Positions 1 through 11,899 of a stretch of 64,000 nucleotides of DNA are shown one piece after another (the stretch's first letter is position 1; each line of letters begins with the position of its first letter). The position numbers and the translations under genes were made by a program. The stretch is from Negaprion brevirostris. Its lineage: Eukaryota. Under the pieces are notes generated by a model that saw only the letters and a program-made list of their open reading frames with translations, did not search any database and was not told where the DNA came from. The stretch spans positions 56,719,978 through 56,783,977 of the forward strand of contig JARDVH010000025.1 in the NCBI GenBank assembly GCA_030324005.1, given 5' to 3'.

Positions 1-515
1 CTGGGCAACGTGATTGAATTTTTCGAAGAGGTGATCAGGTATGTAAGTGAGGGTAATGCATTTGATGTAGTCTACTTGGACTTCAACAATGATTTTGACA
101 AGGTCCCATATGGGAGACTGATAGTGAAGCCCATGGGATCCAAGGAAATGTGGCAAACTGGATTCGGAATTGGCTGAGACAGGAAGCAGAGAACGATGGT
201 TGAGGGGTGTTTTTCGAACTGGAAGACAGTATCCAGTGGAGTCCCACAGGGGCCAGTGTTGGAACCCTGGCTGTTTGTGGTTTATATAAATTATTTAGAC
301 TTGAATGTAGGAGGGTTGATCGATAAGGTCATAGGTAATTGGTACGGTTGTAAATTATGAAGAGGATTCCCTGAGATTACAAGAAGATATAAGTGGGCTG
401 GTCGGTAGCAAATGAAATTTAATCTGGATAACTGTGAGGAGATGCACCTAGGCAGGACAAACAAAACAAGGGAATACGTGAGGGGAGGCAAGACCCTGGG
501 GGAAGCACTGAGGAT
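1..515 (+). mobile_element. CR1/HER1-like LINE, decayed reverse transcriptase fragment
   Basis: Translates to FDVVYLDFNNDFDKVPYGRL and VSSGVPQGPVLEPWLFVVYINYLD, degenerate CR1 RT motifs, with frameshifts. Confidence 0.9.
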
Positions 516-519
516 CAGA

Positions 520-1000
520 GAAAGACAAAGAACAAAGAAAATTACAGCACAGGAACAGGCCCTTTGGCCATCCAAGCCAGCACCGACCACGCTGCCTGAC
601 TGAACTAAAACCCCCTACCCTTCCAGGCACTGTATCTCTCCTTTCCCATCCTATTCATATATTTGTCAAGACGCCTCTTAAAAGTCGCTATCATGTCTGT
701 TTCCACTACCTCCACCAGCAGCGAGTTTCAGGCACCCACCACTTTCTGTGTAAAGAAAAAAAAAATTGCCTCATACATTTCTTTGCCCTTCACACCTTAA
801 ATCTATGCCCCCTAGTAATTGACTCTTCCACCCAGGGAAAAAGCTGCTTACTATCCACTCTGTCCATGCCCCTCATAATCTTGTAGACTTCTATCAGGTC
901 GCCCCTCAACCTCCGTCGTTCCAGTGAGAACAAACCAAGTTTCTTCAACCTCTCCTCACAGCTAATGCCCTCCATACCAGGCAACATCCTGGTAAATCTT
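520..1000 (-). mobile_element. CR1/HER1-like LINE 3' end
   Basis: ORF 790-987 EERLKKLGLFSLERRRLRGDLIEVYKIM...TRGH is the CR1 ORF2 C-terminus, followed by a 3' UTR and TTCTTTG-type tail repeats. Confidence 0.92.
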
Positions 1001-1558
1001 CATTCATTATAATTACTTCATAAAAGAGTTGTAATTGGATTCTATTTTATCAGCAATTTCACAGAGCAGAAAAATCAAACGACTCTTGAGCAACTAAGTT
1101 GAATGATTGAGCAACGTAGGTCTTCACTGGCAGAGAGAAGCAGTGGAGTTGTCAAGTGCCTCTGAGCAACATAACTTTTGAGACCAGAAGACAGAATGAA
1201 GGTTCACAATTGTATTGGTGTTTCTTAATCAGCAAGTCTGAAGATTCTGCTGACAGCTGTTTCTCATTACAGTATATTTTCAATATCCACTATGCAACAT
1301 AACTTTGTCACAGTATTTCAATACCTCAAAAGCCTAAAAAAACACAAAGATAGAGTGGCATAATAGGTAAGTAGAAAAAAGGATAAGACTGGTGTAAGAA
1401 GCTAGCTGTTACCTTTTACCTCTTTTTTTTTAAGAAACTGCTACTTTTAAATTACTTTTGTACTTTTATGTTATCTTTTTACTTTTGTAATTTTATAACA
1501 GTTTCTATTTTGTATTACCATTTCCTACAGTAAATTTATATTATGTCTACCATAGATT

Positions 1559-1974
1559 TGTAGCACAGGATGACTTCTACTATCTTGTTTATATTGGGGC
1601 ATGGAACGTGTGCTGCTTTGCTACTATGCTCTTGTTACCTATTCACACTCTGATCAGCTAACCTAAGCATAAACTACTAACTCATGAATAATATATGACC
1701 AGAGGTCCAGACTAATCAGTGTTGACCATCTCTGTGAATGTATTTAATTAATCAATGAATGTAAATAGGTATTCTCTGAAATAACGTATAATAATGCCTG
1801 GAAGACAGAGAACAATAACGAGGGAGGAGGATTGGTGAGATCATGTAAGAAGGAGAGAGAGGGCAAGCGAGACTGAGAAGCTGGTGAACATCTTGTAAAG
1901 GCAAAGAAGGAACTCCTAATACACTCTTACGTTTGTACCGACCACAAAGTGTCAGTGAATTCTTGAATTTAACA
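1559..1974 (+). mobile_element. Candidate solo LTR
   Basis: About 415 bp, starting TGTAGC and ending TTAACA, with a TATA-like element near 1787 and a degenerate poly(A) signal near 1918. No clean TSD. Confidence 0.35.
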
Positions 1975-2749
1975 ATTGTTATTGATTCTGTGGAAGTCCA
2001 TTACCCACTCTTGTCCTGGAAATTTCACTCCACAAAGTCTGTACGCAGCAAACTTCCATCAGCAACAAAATAAACAGATCTCCAGCCATGATTCCATCCT
2101 TTGTTCACAAGATATTATGGATGACAAAGGACATCTAGCTCAATTCATCTCATCCATCCAGAATGACATCTGAGCTTCCATATTAGGAGTAGGAATAAAG
2201 CAATCAGATCCTTAAGCTTACTTGAGTATTTGATAACATTGCCTACATCTCGACAGGTGTTTAATTGGCCAGTTTGAGACATCATGAAAGGTGCTGTAGA
2301 AGTGTAGATTTTATCTTACTTTCATTTCACCTGCATGTAGTAAACAGAATGACTGTAGCAATGATGAATTTGGAGGATCAGTGCTGATTCTTTAAAGGAC
2401 AATTAATCACAGAGCAATCAAACAATGCCAAGACAATGAAGACAAAGAAATCTCTACATTTACAAAACAATTCAACTCGATAGCTAATACAATCATACCT
2501 TCTAACATCACTAGTGTCAAACCCACAATATACCATAAATGGCATCTGTTACTTTAACACTAATGACATCATCCCCAGGATTTGCCCACCAGACATCTAC
2601 AAGCAGCTTTATACATAAAGTTAGTACAGCCTTAACTCAAGAACTGGAATGTTTTCCCCTTCTCCAGAAACAGTCATATAAATGAACTTGCACAGTCTAA
2701 AGTGGAAAAAAGTTACTAAAGAAGGAACATCAATATTAAAAGTGACAAT

Positions 2750-3030
2750 CCCCACCCATGTCATCCCACTCTGACACCTCCAATCTCTCCTACCTCTCTA
2801 ACATTCCCCTCCTACCACCACCCCACCAACAGTCCTCTGACCACCACATCATCCCTCCATGTCCACTGACTTTCACTCCTCCCCTCCAATACCCCATGCT
2901 TTCCCCTCTCCTCTCCCCAACTCTTCCAACCACCTTCCTCTCCCCTCACCCTTCCATCTCTACCTCTTCTCCCTCCACCCCTTCAAACACCCTCCTCTCC
3001 CCCCACCACTCCAATCCTCTCACAGTACCT
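2750..3030. repeat. C/T-rich low-complexity tract
   Basis: Strongly C-rich on +. It explains the Pro/Ser-rich pseudo-ORFs 2758-3156 and 2859-3179. Confidence 0.85.
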
Positions 3031-3310
3031 CTGACATACTTTCACCTTCTTGTGTCAGGAAAAAGATACAAAAGTCTGAAATCACATACCAACCGACTCA
3101 AGAACAGCTTCTTCCCTACTGCCATCAGACTTCTGAATGGACCTACCTCGCATTAAATTCGTCTTTCTCTACACCCTAGCTATGACTATAACACTACATT
3201 CTGCTCTGTCTCCTTTCCTCCTCTGTGTACAATATGCTTTGTCTGTATAGCATGCAAAAGAAAATACTTTTCACTGTATACTAATACATATGACATTGTT
3301 AAATCAAATC
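3030..3310 (+). mobile_element. Rex1/Babar-like LINE 3' end
   Basis: FHLLVSGKRYKSLKSHTNRLKNSFFPTAIRLLNG followed by a 3' UTR and an (AAATC)n tail. Same family as 30050-31481. Confidence 0.85.
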
Positions 3311-3984
3311 AGAAATCAAAAGATATTGTTCTAAACAGCAGATAGTGGGTTACCTTTCAGTGGGGTTAAGAGTCAAGTCTGTTTGCTCCCTTAATGCCTG
3401 GAATTTAACATTTTTCCCAGTCTTGGATTAAGGTCAGTTAATGAGATCAAAATGTTTCAGATCCAGCTGTCCATCTCTGAAATATTTGGCCCACAATGCA
3501 TACCTGATGTCCTTTGGATTACACTACCATACAAGTTATTAAGCAAAAGCATCAATGTGTCAGGAAATTATCAACAGCTGAGTTGATCCCAATTTGTGTA
3601 TATTTCTGACAGTCTGGGATGTTCACAGCTTCTAGCTATGCCATCCAAATTTAATTACAAGGAAATGTGTTTCAAAGAGCTTTCTAATGTTGTTGCAGAA
3701 GATTATCTCACAATACACAATAGTTTATTCCATCTTTAATTGATGGTAACTTATCAATGTTAGAAGTTCTTGTCAGAGTTGTCCTCCTCCTCCAGAATCT
3801 GTGTCACCTCGGTAGCTTGCCAAGAAACTGTTGGTTTCCAGGACATAAATCACAACTCGAAATCCTGAAACAAACAGCAGGCAAGGCCAACTGCTGCAGA
3901 CAACAGCAGAACTCGTGAACCAGTGAAAAAAGGCAGGGGGCAGTTGTGGTTAGTGAGTCACAGTGGGGTAAGGGCAAAGGGAAT

Positions 3985-4175
3985 GTCTCTGACCTCTGGT
4001 AGGGATAAAATGCTGTTCCTTCATTGGAACGGCGTCGGAGACTGAGGACAGAGTGGTCAGAATGGGTATAAGATGGAGAGGTAAAGTAACAAGCAATTGG
4101 AAACATTGGGACACAGTCATGGATTAAATAGAGGTGTTCAGCAAAATGACCGAATCTGCATTGGGTCTTCCTACT
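3985..4175 (-). mobile_element. Penelope-like element GIY-YIG domain remnant
   Basis: PIACYFTSPSYTHSDHSVLSL resembles the PLE motif PVAxHFNSPSHSHSDxSVLGL. PLE terminal-repeat sequence lies alongside at 4200-4350. Confidence 0.65.
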
Positions 4176-4926
4176 TCTTAGACTCTGTACTTACTTAAAA
4201 GCTGCTAAATCTCCACCTTTCAGTTAAGATGCAAGGTCATCGATTGGAAGTACATTCTCCATTTAACACTTCATGGATGCTGCCTGATTTGCTGTGTTTC
4301 CAGCAGCTTCTGTTCTTATTCAGATTTACAGCATCCACAGGATTTTGCATTTGTTTCATTGCACCAAGACTTAACTGAGCCAAATTACTGTACTTTTACA
4401 TTCATCATCATTTTAAATATTTTTTTCACCCTGATTTAGATAACTAGATTTATTTCAAACAGTCTACTTAGCTTTGAGCAACAGCTACAGTATCCAACAA
4501 CTAATTGTTCCTAACAGTTATTTATGAATCACTCATTTTACTTGATCCATGGATAATACAAGTGCCCTTCCAACTTGTCCAAGGGAAGATAATTTTCATT
4601 AGCAATCAATTGCAAAAGCAGTCCCATTAATAAAACAAAAATTCACTCAATACCACTGGAGAAGATTTACTGTGATGTGTGCACATTTCCCTGTTATTTT
4701 TCCATCGTGTTTAAACTTTGCAGCGTAGAAGTTCTTTGCCGCATATTGTTGATTTAATTATATTAACTCATTACAGTTCAAACTCTCATTGCATTAAAGG
4801 TATATTTTGAAAATCAAGTAATAATTGAGCATTTGAGGGNNNNNNNNNNNNNNNNNNNNNNNNNNNNNNNNNNNNNNNNNNNNNNNNNNNNNNNNNNNNN
4901 NNNNNNNNNNNNNNNNNNNNNNNNNN

Positions 4927-5191
4927 CATGGCAGATGTGGAATTTGAATTCAATAAAAAATGTGAGATTAAGAACCTACTGATGACTATGAAACCATCGT
5001 TGAATGTAGGAAAAACATTTGGTTCACTAGTGTACTTTAGGGAAGGAAATCTGCCATCCTCACGTGGTCTGGCCTACATGTGATTCCAGGGCCGCTACAA
5101 TATGGTTGACTGTCAACTGCCCTCGGGTAACCAGGTTTGGACAATAAATTCTGGCCCATCAGTGATGCCCATGTCCCATGATTGAAAAAAA
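4927..5191 (+). mobile_element. SINE with a 3' tail shared with the LINE at 35410-36090
   Basis: Ends GGACAATAAATTCTGGCCCATCAGTGATGCCCATGTCCCATGA-A(n). The LINE end reads GGGCAATAAATGCTGGCCAGCCCGTGACATCCATGTCC. The 5' part is lost in a gap. Confidence 0.7.
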
Positions 5192-5340
5192 TCATAGAAG
5201 ATAGAAAATAGAAGCAGGAGGAGGCCATTTGGCCCTTTGAGCCTGCTCTGCCATTCATTATGATCACAGCTCATCATCTACCTTGTCCCCATATCCTTTG
5301 ATCCCCTTTGCCCCAAGAGTTATACCTTCTTGAAAATATC
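5192..5340 (-). mobile_element. CR1 3' tail fragment
   Basis: Reverse complement of the CR1 3' UTR (AGCAGGCTCAAAGGGCCAAATGGCCTCCTCCTGC...TTCTATG). Confidence 0.8.
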
Positions 5341-6825
5341 CCTCAGAAACGGAAACAGGAGAGATTATTAGGTGAAGAAATGACAGAGACATTGAACAAA
5401 TATTTTGTGTTCGTCTTAACAATCAATGACATATCATAAATAATGCTAAAAGGAGATTAAATTAAATAATATCAGCAGAGAAAAGTTACTGAAGAAGCTT
5501 AAGTGACTAAAATCTGACAGATCTTCAGCACCAGATGGCCTACATCCTGGGATTTGAAAAGAGATAGCTGTAGTGATAGTGGATATTCTTGCTATAATTT
5601 TCCAAAAATCTCTAGATTCTGGCAAACTCCTAGCAAGTTTGGAATTTGGAAAATGCAACACTGCTATTTAAAAAGGGAACAAGAAAGAAATCCGGAAACT
5701 ACAGGCCAGTCAGCAGGGAAGTGTAGAAAAGTGTAAGAAAGTTTTAACAAAGCATAATAGGGTCAGACAAAGTCAGCATGTTTTTACGAAAGGGAAATAG
5801 TGGTTTGACAAATTTACTTGAGTTTTTTTTGAGGATGTAGCTAGGAAAGCAGATAAGGGTGGTATAATTGGTTTTGAGAAGGCATTTTTGGATGCTGCAC
5901 AAAAGGTTAACAGGCAAAATAAGGGATCATGGAGTTATGGGTAATATATTAACATGGAAACAAGGTTAGTTAATGGATAGGAAGCAAAGGATAGGTATAA
6001 ATGGGGCATTTTCAAGTTGGCAGACTGTGACTGGTAGAGAACCGCAAGGATCACTGCTTCTGCCTCAACTATTTACCATTTATATTCATGACTTGGATGA
6101 AGAGGCAGAGGTCATGTGTCGAGACTTGCTGACAATAAAACGTTTGGTGGAAATGAAATTTGTGAGGAAGACACAGAGACTGCCAATACTGAATGGGCAG
6201 CAGGGTGGCAGATGGAACAAAATGCGTGAAAATGGGAAATTATTTGCTTTGGCCAGAAGAATCGAGAAGTAGAATGTGTTTTGAAGGCATTTGATATCTG
6301 GAATACTGTTTGCAGTTTTGGATGTTTTCTATACTTAAGGAAAGATAAACTTACATAGGGGGGCAGAACAGCAAAGCTCCGTCGGATTGATCCTGGGATG
6401 AGAGGATTGTCCTATACTGAGACACTGTGTAAATAGTGTCGATACTCACTGGAGTTGAGAAGAATGAAAAATACAAACAAGATTCTGAAGGGCCTCAACA
6501 GGCTAGAAGCGGAGGCATTGTTTCTGCAGGCTGAGGAATCACACATATAGGGGTACAATCTCAGGATAAGGGATTGATTACTTAGGCCTGAGATGAGGAT
6601 AGATTTCTTCACTCAAAAAGTTGTGAATCTTTTGAATTCTCAAGCTCAATAGTTGTGGATTTTCCATCATTGACTATATTTAAGGATGGGACAGACAGAT
6701 CTTTGATCTCTGAGGGAATCAAAGGATTTGGGAAGCCGGTAGGAAAGTGAAGTCGAAACCTAAGATCAGCCATAATCATAATAAATGCTGAGAGATGGTT
6801 TACTCCTGTTCCTATCTCCTGTTGC
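5340..6825 (+). mobile_element. Decayed CR1 LINE ORF2 and 3' end
   Basis: Remnants of the SPGPDG-like and QHxFTKGK motifs, DRKQRIGINGAFSSWQTVT.REPQGSLLLPQLFTIYIHDLD, and the 3' UTR. Many stops. Confidence 0.88.
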
Positions 6826-7362
6826 AGCTGGAAGTACAAGTAAGGGTTGGGTATAGTGCCCTTTGAGATACACCTGAATTTAAGGTCTCTGTCTGCCAGC
6901 CCACTTCCAGGAGCTGTAAAATGTTGACCTTGATCTTAATTTAGTGATACTACTAAGAATTAGGAACAGGAAACAGAAGTACATCTGGAATTTGTAGTGC
7001 CTAAAACTTTGAGAGCAATACTGATCACAGAAGGATCAATAAAATAAAGACAAGAGGATTCTTGAAAGCCCAGTAGTGAGAGAAGGCCAGATCACCAGGC
7101 AACATTTTTGCTCCTCAAAACATTTTAACACATTAGGGATGTTATGTAAGCATAAATTGTTTTTACTGTTGCTGTATACTATCCAGGAATGTAAAAAGGT
7201 TTATAGAAGAGATCATCAGATCTGGAAGTAATATTTACTTATTGGACAGACTCAGGCTTGAAAGAGCACCATTATGCGCCCCATTTGATTTTACTCACCA
7301 TTCAGTAATATAGATGTCAGAGCTTTATCCATGTAATAGTGTGATACAGACTGGGAACTACA

Positions 7363-8513
7363 GGCCCGATTCTCCCATCGCAACCTGCACCTTTTCTGGC
7401 AGGTCCGGTTGGGAGAATCACGTCATCGGCCTTTTTGCAGGGTTTGCATATGCGCACCTCCCAGAGCCGGAGAACAGTCACAGTCCAGACCACACTGAAA
7501 ACCGCTGGGAAAACAGGTAAGTCATTTGAATCTTTTTTTAATGTGGTTTAAATATGTTTTGCATGTCATTATCAGGCCTGGCACGGAATTTACTGAACCC
7601 GATAGAATCTCCCACCACACCAGAAGTACGTTATTCAAACAGGGTTTAGATTAGCTCCCCACATTCAAGGAAGCAGTGGGAGACCCTGCTGGAATGAAGG
7701 GGGGCAATTGGGATGCCCCAGGGGGTCGGTGTCCCCTGGGCATGGGCATCCTGACAGTGCCAGCTTGTGCCCCCTCACACTACCCAAAAAGCAAAGTGCC
7801 CATGCCTACGGGGCAAATTGCCACTGCTCAGCAGACATCGGGCAGTGCCAAGGCAGTGGGGCCTCTTGTGGGCAGACCTAAGGGCTATCAGTTGGGGTGG
7901 GGGATCCTGCTGCCACTCTGCATAGGGATCAGTCTGAGCTGGAGGCAGGNNNNNNNNNNNNNNNNNNNNNNNNNNNNNNNNNNNNNNNNNNNNNNNNNNN
8001 NNNNNNNNNNNNNNNNNNNNNNNNNNNNNNNNNNNNNNNNNNNNNNNNNNNNNNNNNNNNNNNNNNNNNNNNNNNNNNNNNNNNNNNNNNNNNNNNNNNN
8101 NNNNNNNNNNNNNNNNNNNNNNNNNNNNNNNNNNNNNNNNNNNNNNNNNNNNNNNNNNNNNNNNNNNNNNNNNNNNNNNNNNNNNNNNNNNNNNNNNNNN
8201 NNNNNNNNNNNNNNNNNNNNNNNNNNNNTGGGTCTGCGTGGGTTTCCTCTGGGTGCTCCAGTTTCCTTCCACAGTCCAAAGATGCGTGGGTTAGGTTGAT
8301 TGGCCGTGCTAAAATTGCCCTTTAGTATCCTGAGATGCGTAGGTTAGCAGGATTAGTGGGTAAATATGTAGGGATATGGGGATAGAGCCTGGGTGGGATT
8401 GTGGTCGGTGCTGGCTCAATGGGCCCAATGGCCTCTTTCTGCACTGTAGGGTTTCTATGATTCTGTCTAGAACAGCTTACTCACTAATTCAGTACTTTTG
8501 GGAGAATCGCCCC
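7363..8513. mobile_element. GC-rich MITE-like non-autonomous DNA element with 15-bp TIRs, containing a nested V-SINE and a gap
   Basis: GGCCCGATTCTCCCA (7363-7377) and TGGGAGAATCGCCCC (8499-8513) are inverted at 13/15 positions. Confidence 0.6.
8229..8465 (+). mobile_element. HE1-type V-SINE (partial) with CR1-derived tail
   Basis: V-domain GTCTGCGTGGGTTTCCTCTGGGTGCTCCAGTTTCCTTCCACAGTCCAAAGATG and a tail ending TTCTATGATTCT. Confidence 0.9.
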
Positions 8514-8639
8514 CAACTGTACTGGTTCAGTGCACAACATAATCCAATTGGTGTGTTTTTTATTTCGACTCTGTGGTTCTAGATTGACATTCATGTTAAC
8601 TCCTGTTTCTAGTTAAGATAGATGAAAGTTTTTTCCCCA

Positions 8640-8935
8640 TTAGCTGACTGTACAAGGAGTAAGGGACATAGATTTAAGGTTTTGGACAGGAGATACAGGG
8701 GGAAATATGAAGAATCTTTATTACAGAGCGACTGGCAATGACCTGGAACTTGGCGCTTAAGAGAGTGATGGAAATGAAGATGTCAATGATTTCAAAAGGA
8801 AATTGGATGAGTGCTTGAAGAAATAAACCTGCTGGGCTAGACTGGAACAGGACTAAATGGATTGCTTTACAGAGAGCCAATAAGGATTTACTGGGCCTAA
8901 TGGCATCCTTTTTTACTGTAATGAATCAATGACTA
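8640..8935 (+). mobile_element. CR1 3' fragment
   Basis: RGHRFKV remnant, FKRKLD motif and CR1 3' UTR. Confidence 0.75.
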
Positions 8936-11175
8936 GGTGCTGTCTGAAGAGCCTTGCTGAGATCCTGAAGGGCATCTTGTAGATAACAGACACTGTGTTA
9001 GTGGTGGAGGAAGTGAATGTTTGTGATTGGGGTGCCAATCAAGTGGATTGCTTTGTCCTGGATGGAGCTGCATTCATCCAGGCAAGTGGAAAGTGTTCCA
9101 TCACATTCCTGACTTGTGCTTTGTAGATCGTGGACAGGCTTTGCAGAATCAGATAGAGAGTTATTCTTGCAGAATTCCTAGCTGCTGTTCTGCTCTTGCA
9201 CCTACAGTATTTAAGTGGCTAGTCCAGTTCAGTATCTGGACGTAGATAATGGGGGATTCAAGAATGGTAATACCATTGAATGTAAATTCAATGTGATTAG
9301 ATTCTATCTTGGTGATGGTCATTGCCTGTCAGTTGCACAGTGTAAATGTTATTCACCACATTAGCCCACACCTGGATATTGTCCAGATCTTGCTGCATTT
9401 GGATATGGACTGCTTCTACCAGTTTTGCTAGGGTTCCTTGATGCCACATTTGGTCAAATGTTGCCTTGGTGTCAAGGGCAGTTACTCTCACCTCACCTCT
9501 GCAATTCAGTTATTTTGCCTATATTTGAACCAAGGCTGTAATGGGATCAGGAGCTGTGTGAGCATGGTGGACCCCGAACTGCGTGTCAGTGAGCAGGTTA
9601 TGGTGACTAAGTGCTGCTTGATGGCACTGTGAATTACATCTTCTATTACTTTGCTGATGATCAAGAATAGACTAAGTGGTTGTAAATGGCCAGGTTGGAT
9701 TTGTCCTATTGTGCGTATACAGGACATATCTGGGCAATTTTCCACATTGCTGGGTGGATTTCAGTTTTGTACCCGCACTAGAACAGCTTGGCTAGGGGCA
9801 CGGCAAGTTTTGGAGCATAAGCTTTCAAGTACTAATGCCGGAATGCTGTCGGGGCCATGCCTTTGCAGTACTCAGTGCCTTCAGTCATTTTTTGATATCA
9901 TGTGGAAGGAATCAAATTGGCTGAAGACCAGCAACTGTGATGTAGGGGGCCTCCAGAGGAGGCNNNNNNNNNNAGTTATAAATGCATCAGCCTTATCATT
10001 TGCACTGATCCCCATCATAGAGCTTGAGGATAATTGTAGAGCCTTCTACTCTAGTGAGTTGTTTAATTGTCCACCACGTTCATGACTTGTTGTGATAAAA
10101 CTGCAGAGCTTAGATCTGATCCACAGATTTTGGAATCACCTAGCTCTATTGCTTGCTACTTATACCATCTCCTGTGTTGTCACTTTGCCAGGTTGACACC
10201 TCATTTTTAGGTATGCCTGGTGTTGCTCTTGGCATACCCTCCAATACTTTGGCATTATCATTAAGCCAGGGATCAACCCTGGCTCAACAAAGTATTGGCA
10301 TTATCTGGCATACTCTGGCATTATCATTAAGCCAGGGATCAACCCTGGCTCAACAGAGTAGGGGATGTGTCAGGCCATGAAGGTTATGATCGAGTACAAT
10401 TCTGATGCTAATGGTCCATACCCCTCTTGATTGCCCAGTATTTGAGCTGGTAGATCTTTCTGAAATCTATCCCATTTAGCATGGTGATAGTGCCACAAAA
10501 CATTATGCAGGTTATCCTCAATGTGAAGACGAGGCTGAGTGATGGCATTCCTGTAGATATCGTCATGGACAGATGGATCTGCAGCTGGCAGATTGGTGAT
10601 GGAGCCAAATATGTTTTTCCTTTTGTTGGTTTTGCCACCAGATGCCACAGACCCAACCCAGCAGCTATGATCCTTAGATCTTGAACATCTTGGCCAATAG
10701 CGCTGCGACCAAGCCAGCCTTTGTGATGGACATTGAAATGCCCACCCACAGCACATTCTCTTGCTTCTATCACCCTCAGTGCTTCTTTCAAGTGGTTTTC
10801 AACATGGAAGAGCTGGATGTGTGCATGTGGGGGGAGGGGGGGATTGCTAAGGGGTATCAAGCACTGTGTGACAATTAGCAGGAGGTTTCCTTGTCCATGT
10901 TCAGTCTGATGGGGTCATAGGGTTTGAAGTCAATGTTGAGGAATCCCAGGGCAACTGTCTCCTGACTGCATACCACTGGACCCAGTACATCGTCTGTGAA
11001 ATGTCATTCCGTGAGTCATGCTCTACTAGTCTGTGAGGTAGCTGTCCAAATTTAAGTACAGTTACCAAGGTGTTAATAAAAAGTACCCTATAGGGCTGTA
11101 GCTGACATTTCCAATGTCTAGGTCGATGTCCATTTTCATTCTTAATGGTTTTCCTACCGTTTGGTACAACTGAGG
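8935..11175 (-). mobile_element. Decayed APE-RT LINE of a non-HER1 family (CR1/L2/Jockey group), internally deleted
   Basis: APE motif HVENHLKEALRV...VGGHFNVHHKGWLG, RT region IISKVIEDVIHSAIKQHL and ALDTKATFDQMWHQGTLAKL fused directly to QMQQDLDNIQ, so the central RT motifs are missing. Confidence 0.85.
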
Positions 11176-11179
11176 GCAT

Positions 11180-11397
11180 TTAAGAGTTGACTCCAGATCC
11201 ACCGCTATGTGGTTATGTATACGATAGATCAGGTAAGGACAGCAGATTTCCTAAACGATACCAGTTAATTTACAACAATGGTTCCATCGTTTGAATTCAA
11301 ATCTGGAATGAGAACTCTAACTCCACCATCTGCAACTGATCACCCTGGGTCTCTGGATTATTTATCCAGTGAAAATATGACTATGCCATCACCTCTC
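11180..11397 (-). mobile_element. SINE of the same family as 4927-5191
   Basis: Its reverse complement shares GGAAATCTGCTGTCCTTACCTG and TTTGAATTCAAA segments, plus a tRNA-like head. Confidence 0.6.
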
Positions 11398-11899
11398 GTA
11401 GACAGTAAAACTGGAATATAAGTAACAAATGTGTGTTCTGGAGGGGAGAAATAGCGGTTAAGTTACATTGTTATGGGCTTACAGAAGCATGATATTCACT
11501 ATCAACTAATTAATTTAAGTTTTATCCTCAGCAGTCCTAATGGCTGAAATTAACACTGTGCACGGTGAAAATGATTCTCGGAAGAGGAATTTCAGCTAAT
11601 TGGATGAGAGGAATCAGTGTTCTTAGGTTTTTGATTGTGGTCTGGCTGGAAATTCTAATGCATTGGATGGGGCAGCTTCAGAGCCAGCTGAAATACTGTT
11701 CACGCTACATGGTCCATTGGTTTGCCAATACACAGGACTGGAAATCAATGGAGTCAGAGCAATCTCAGAGCTATTTAAAAATGGCATGCAGGACACGGTT
11801 CTGGACTTCCACCCCCATTTCTGGCTATTTTTGACTGTGCATGATATGGGTGTACTTTGCACTCCTAACATGGTCAGTTCAATTGTGGGGATAAGCATT

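Noticed and set aside
2758-3179. Pro/Ser-rich ORFs of 132 and 106 aa
   Set aside because: A C-rich low-complexity tract reading into a LINE tail.
3745-3865. Minus-strand acceptor ctgtttgtttcag followed by a short open frame
   Set aside because: No GH47 similarity, weak donor, early stops, and adjacent to a PLE remnant.
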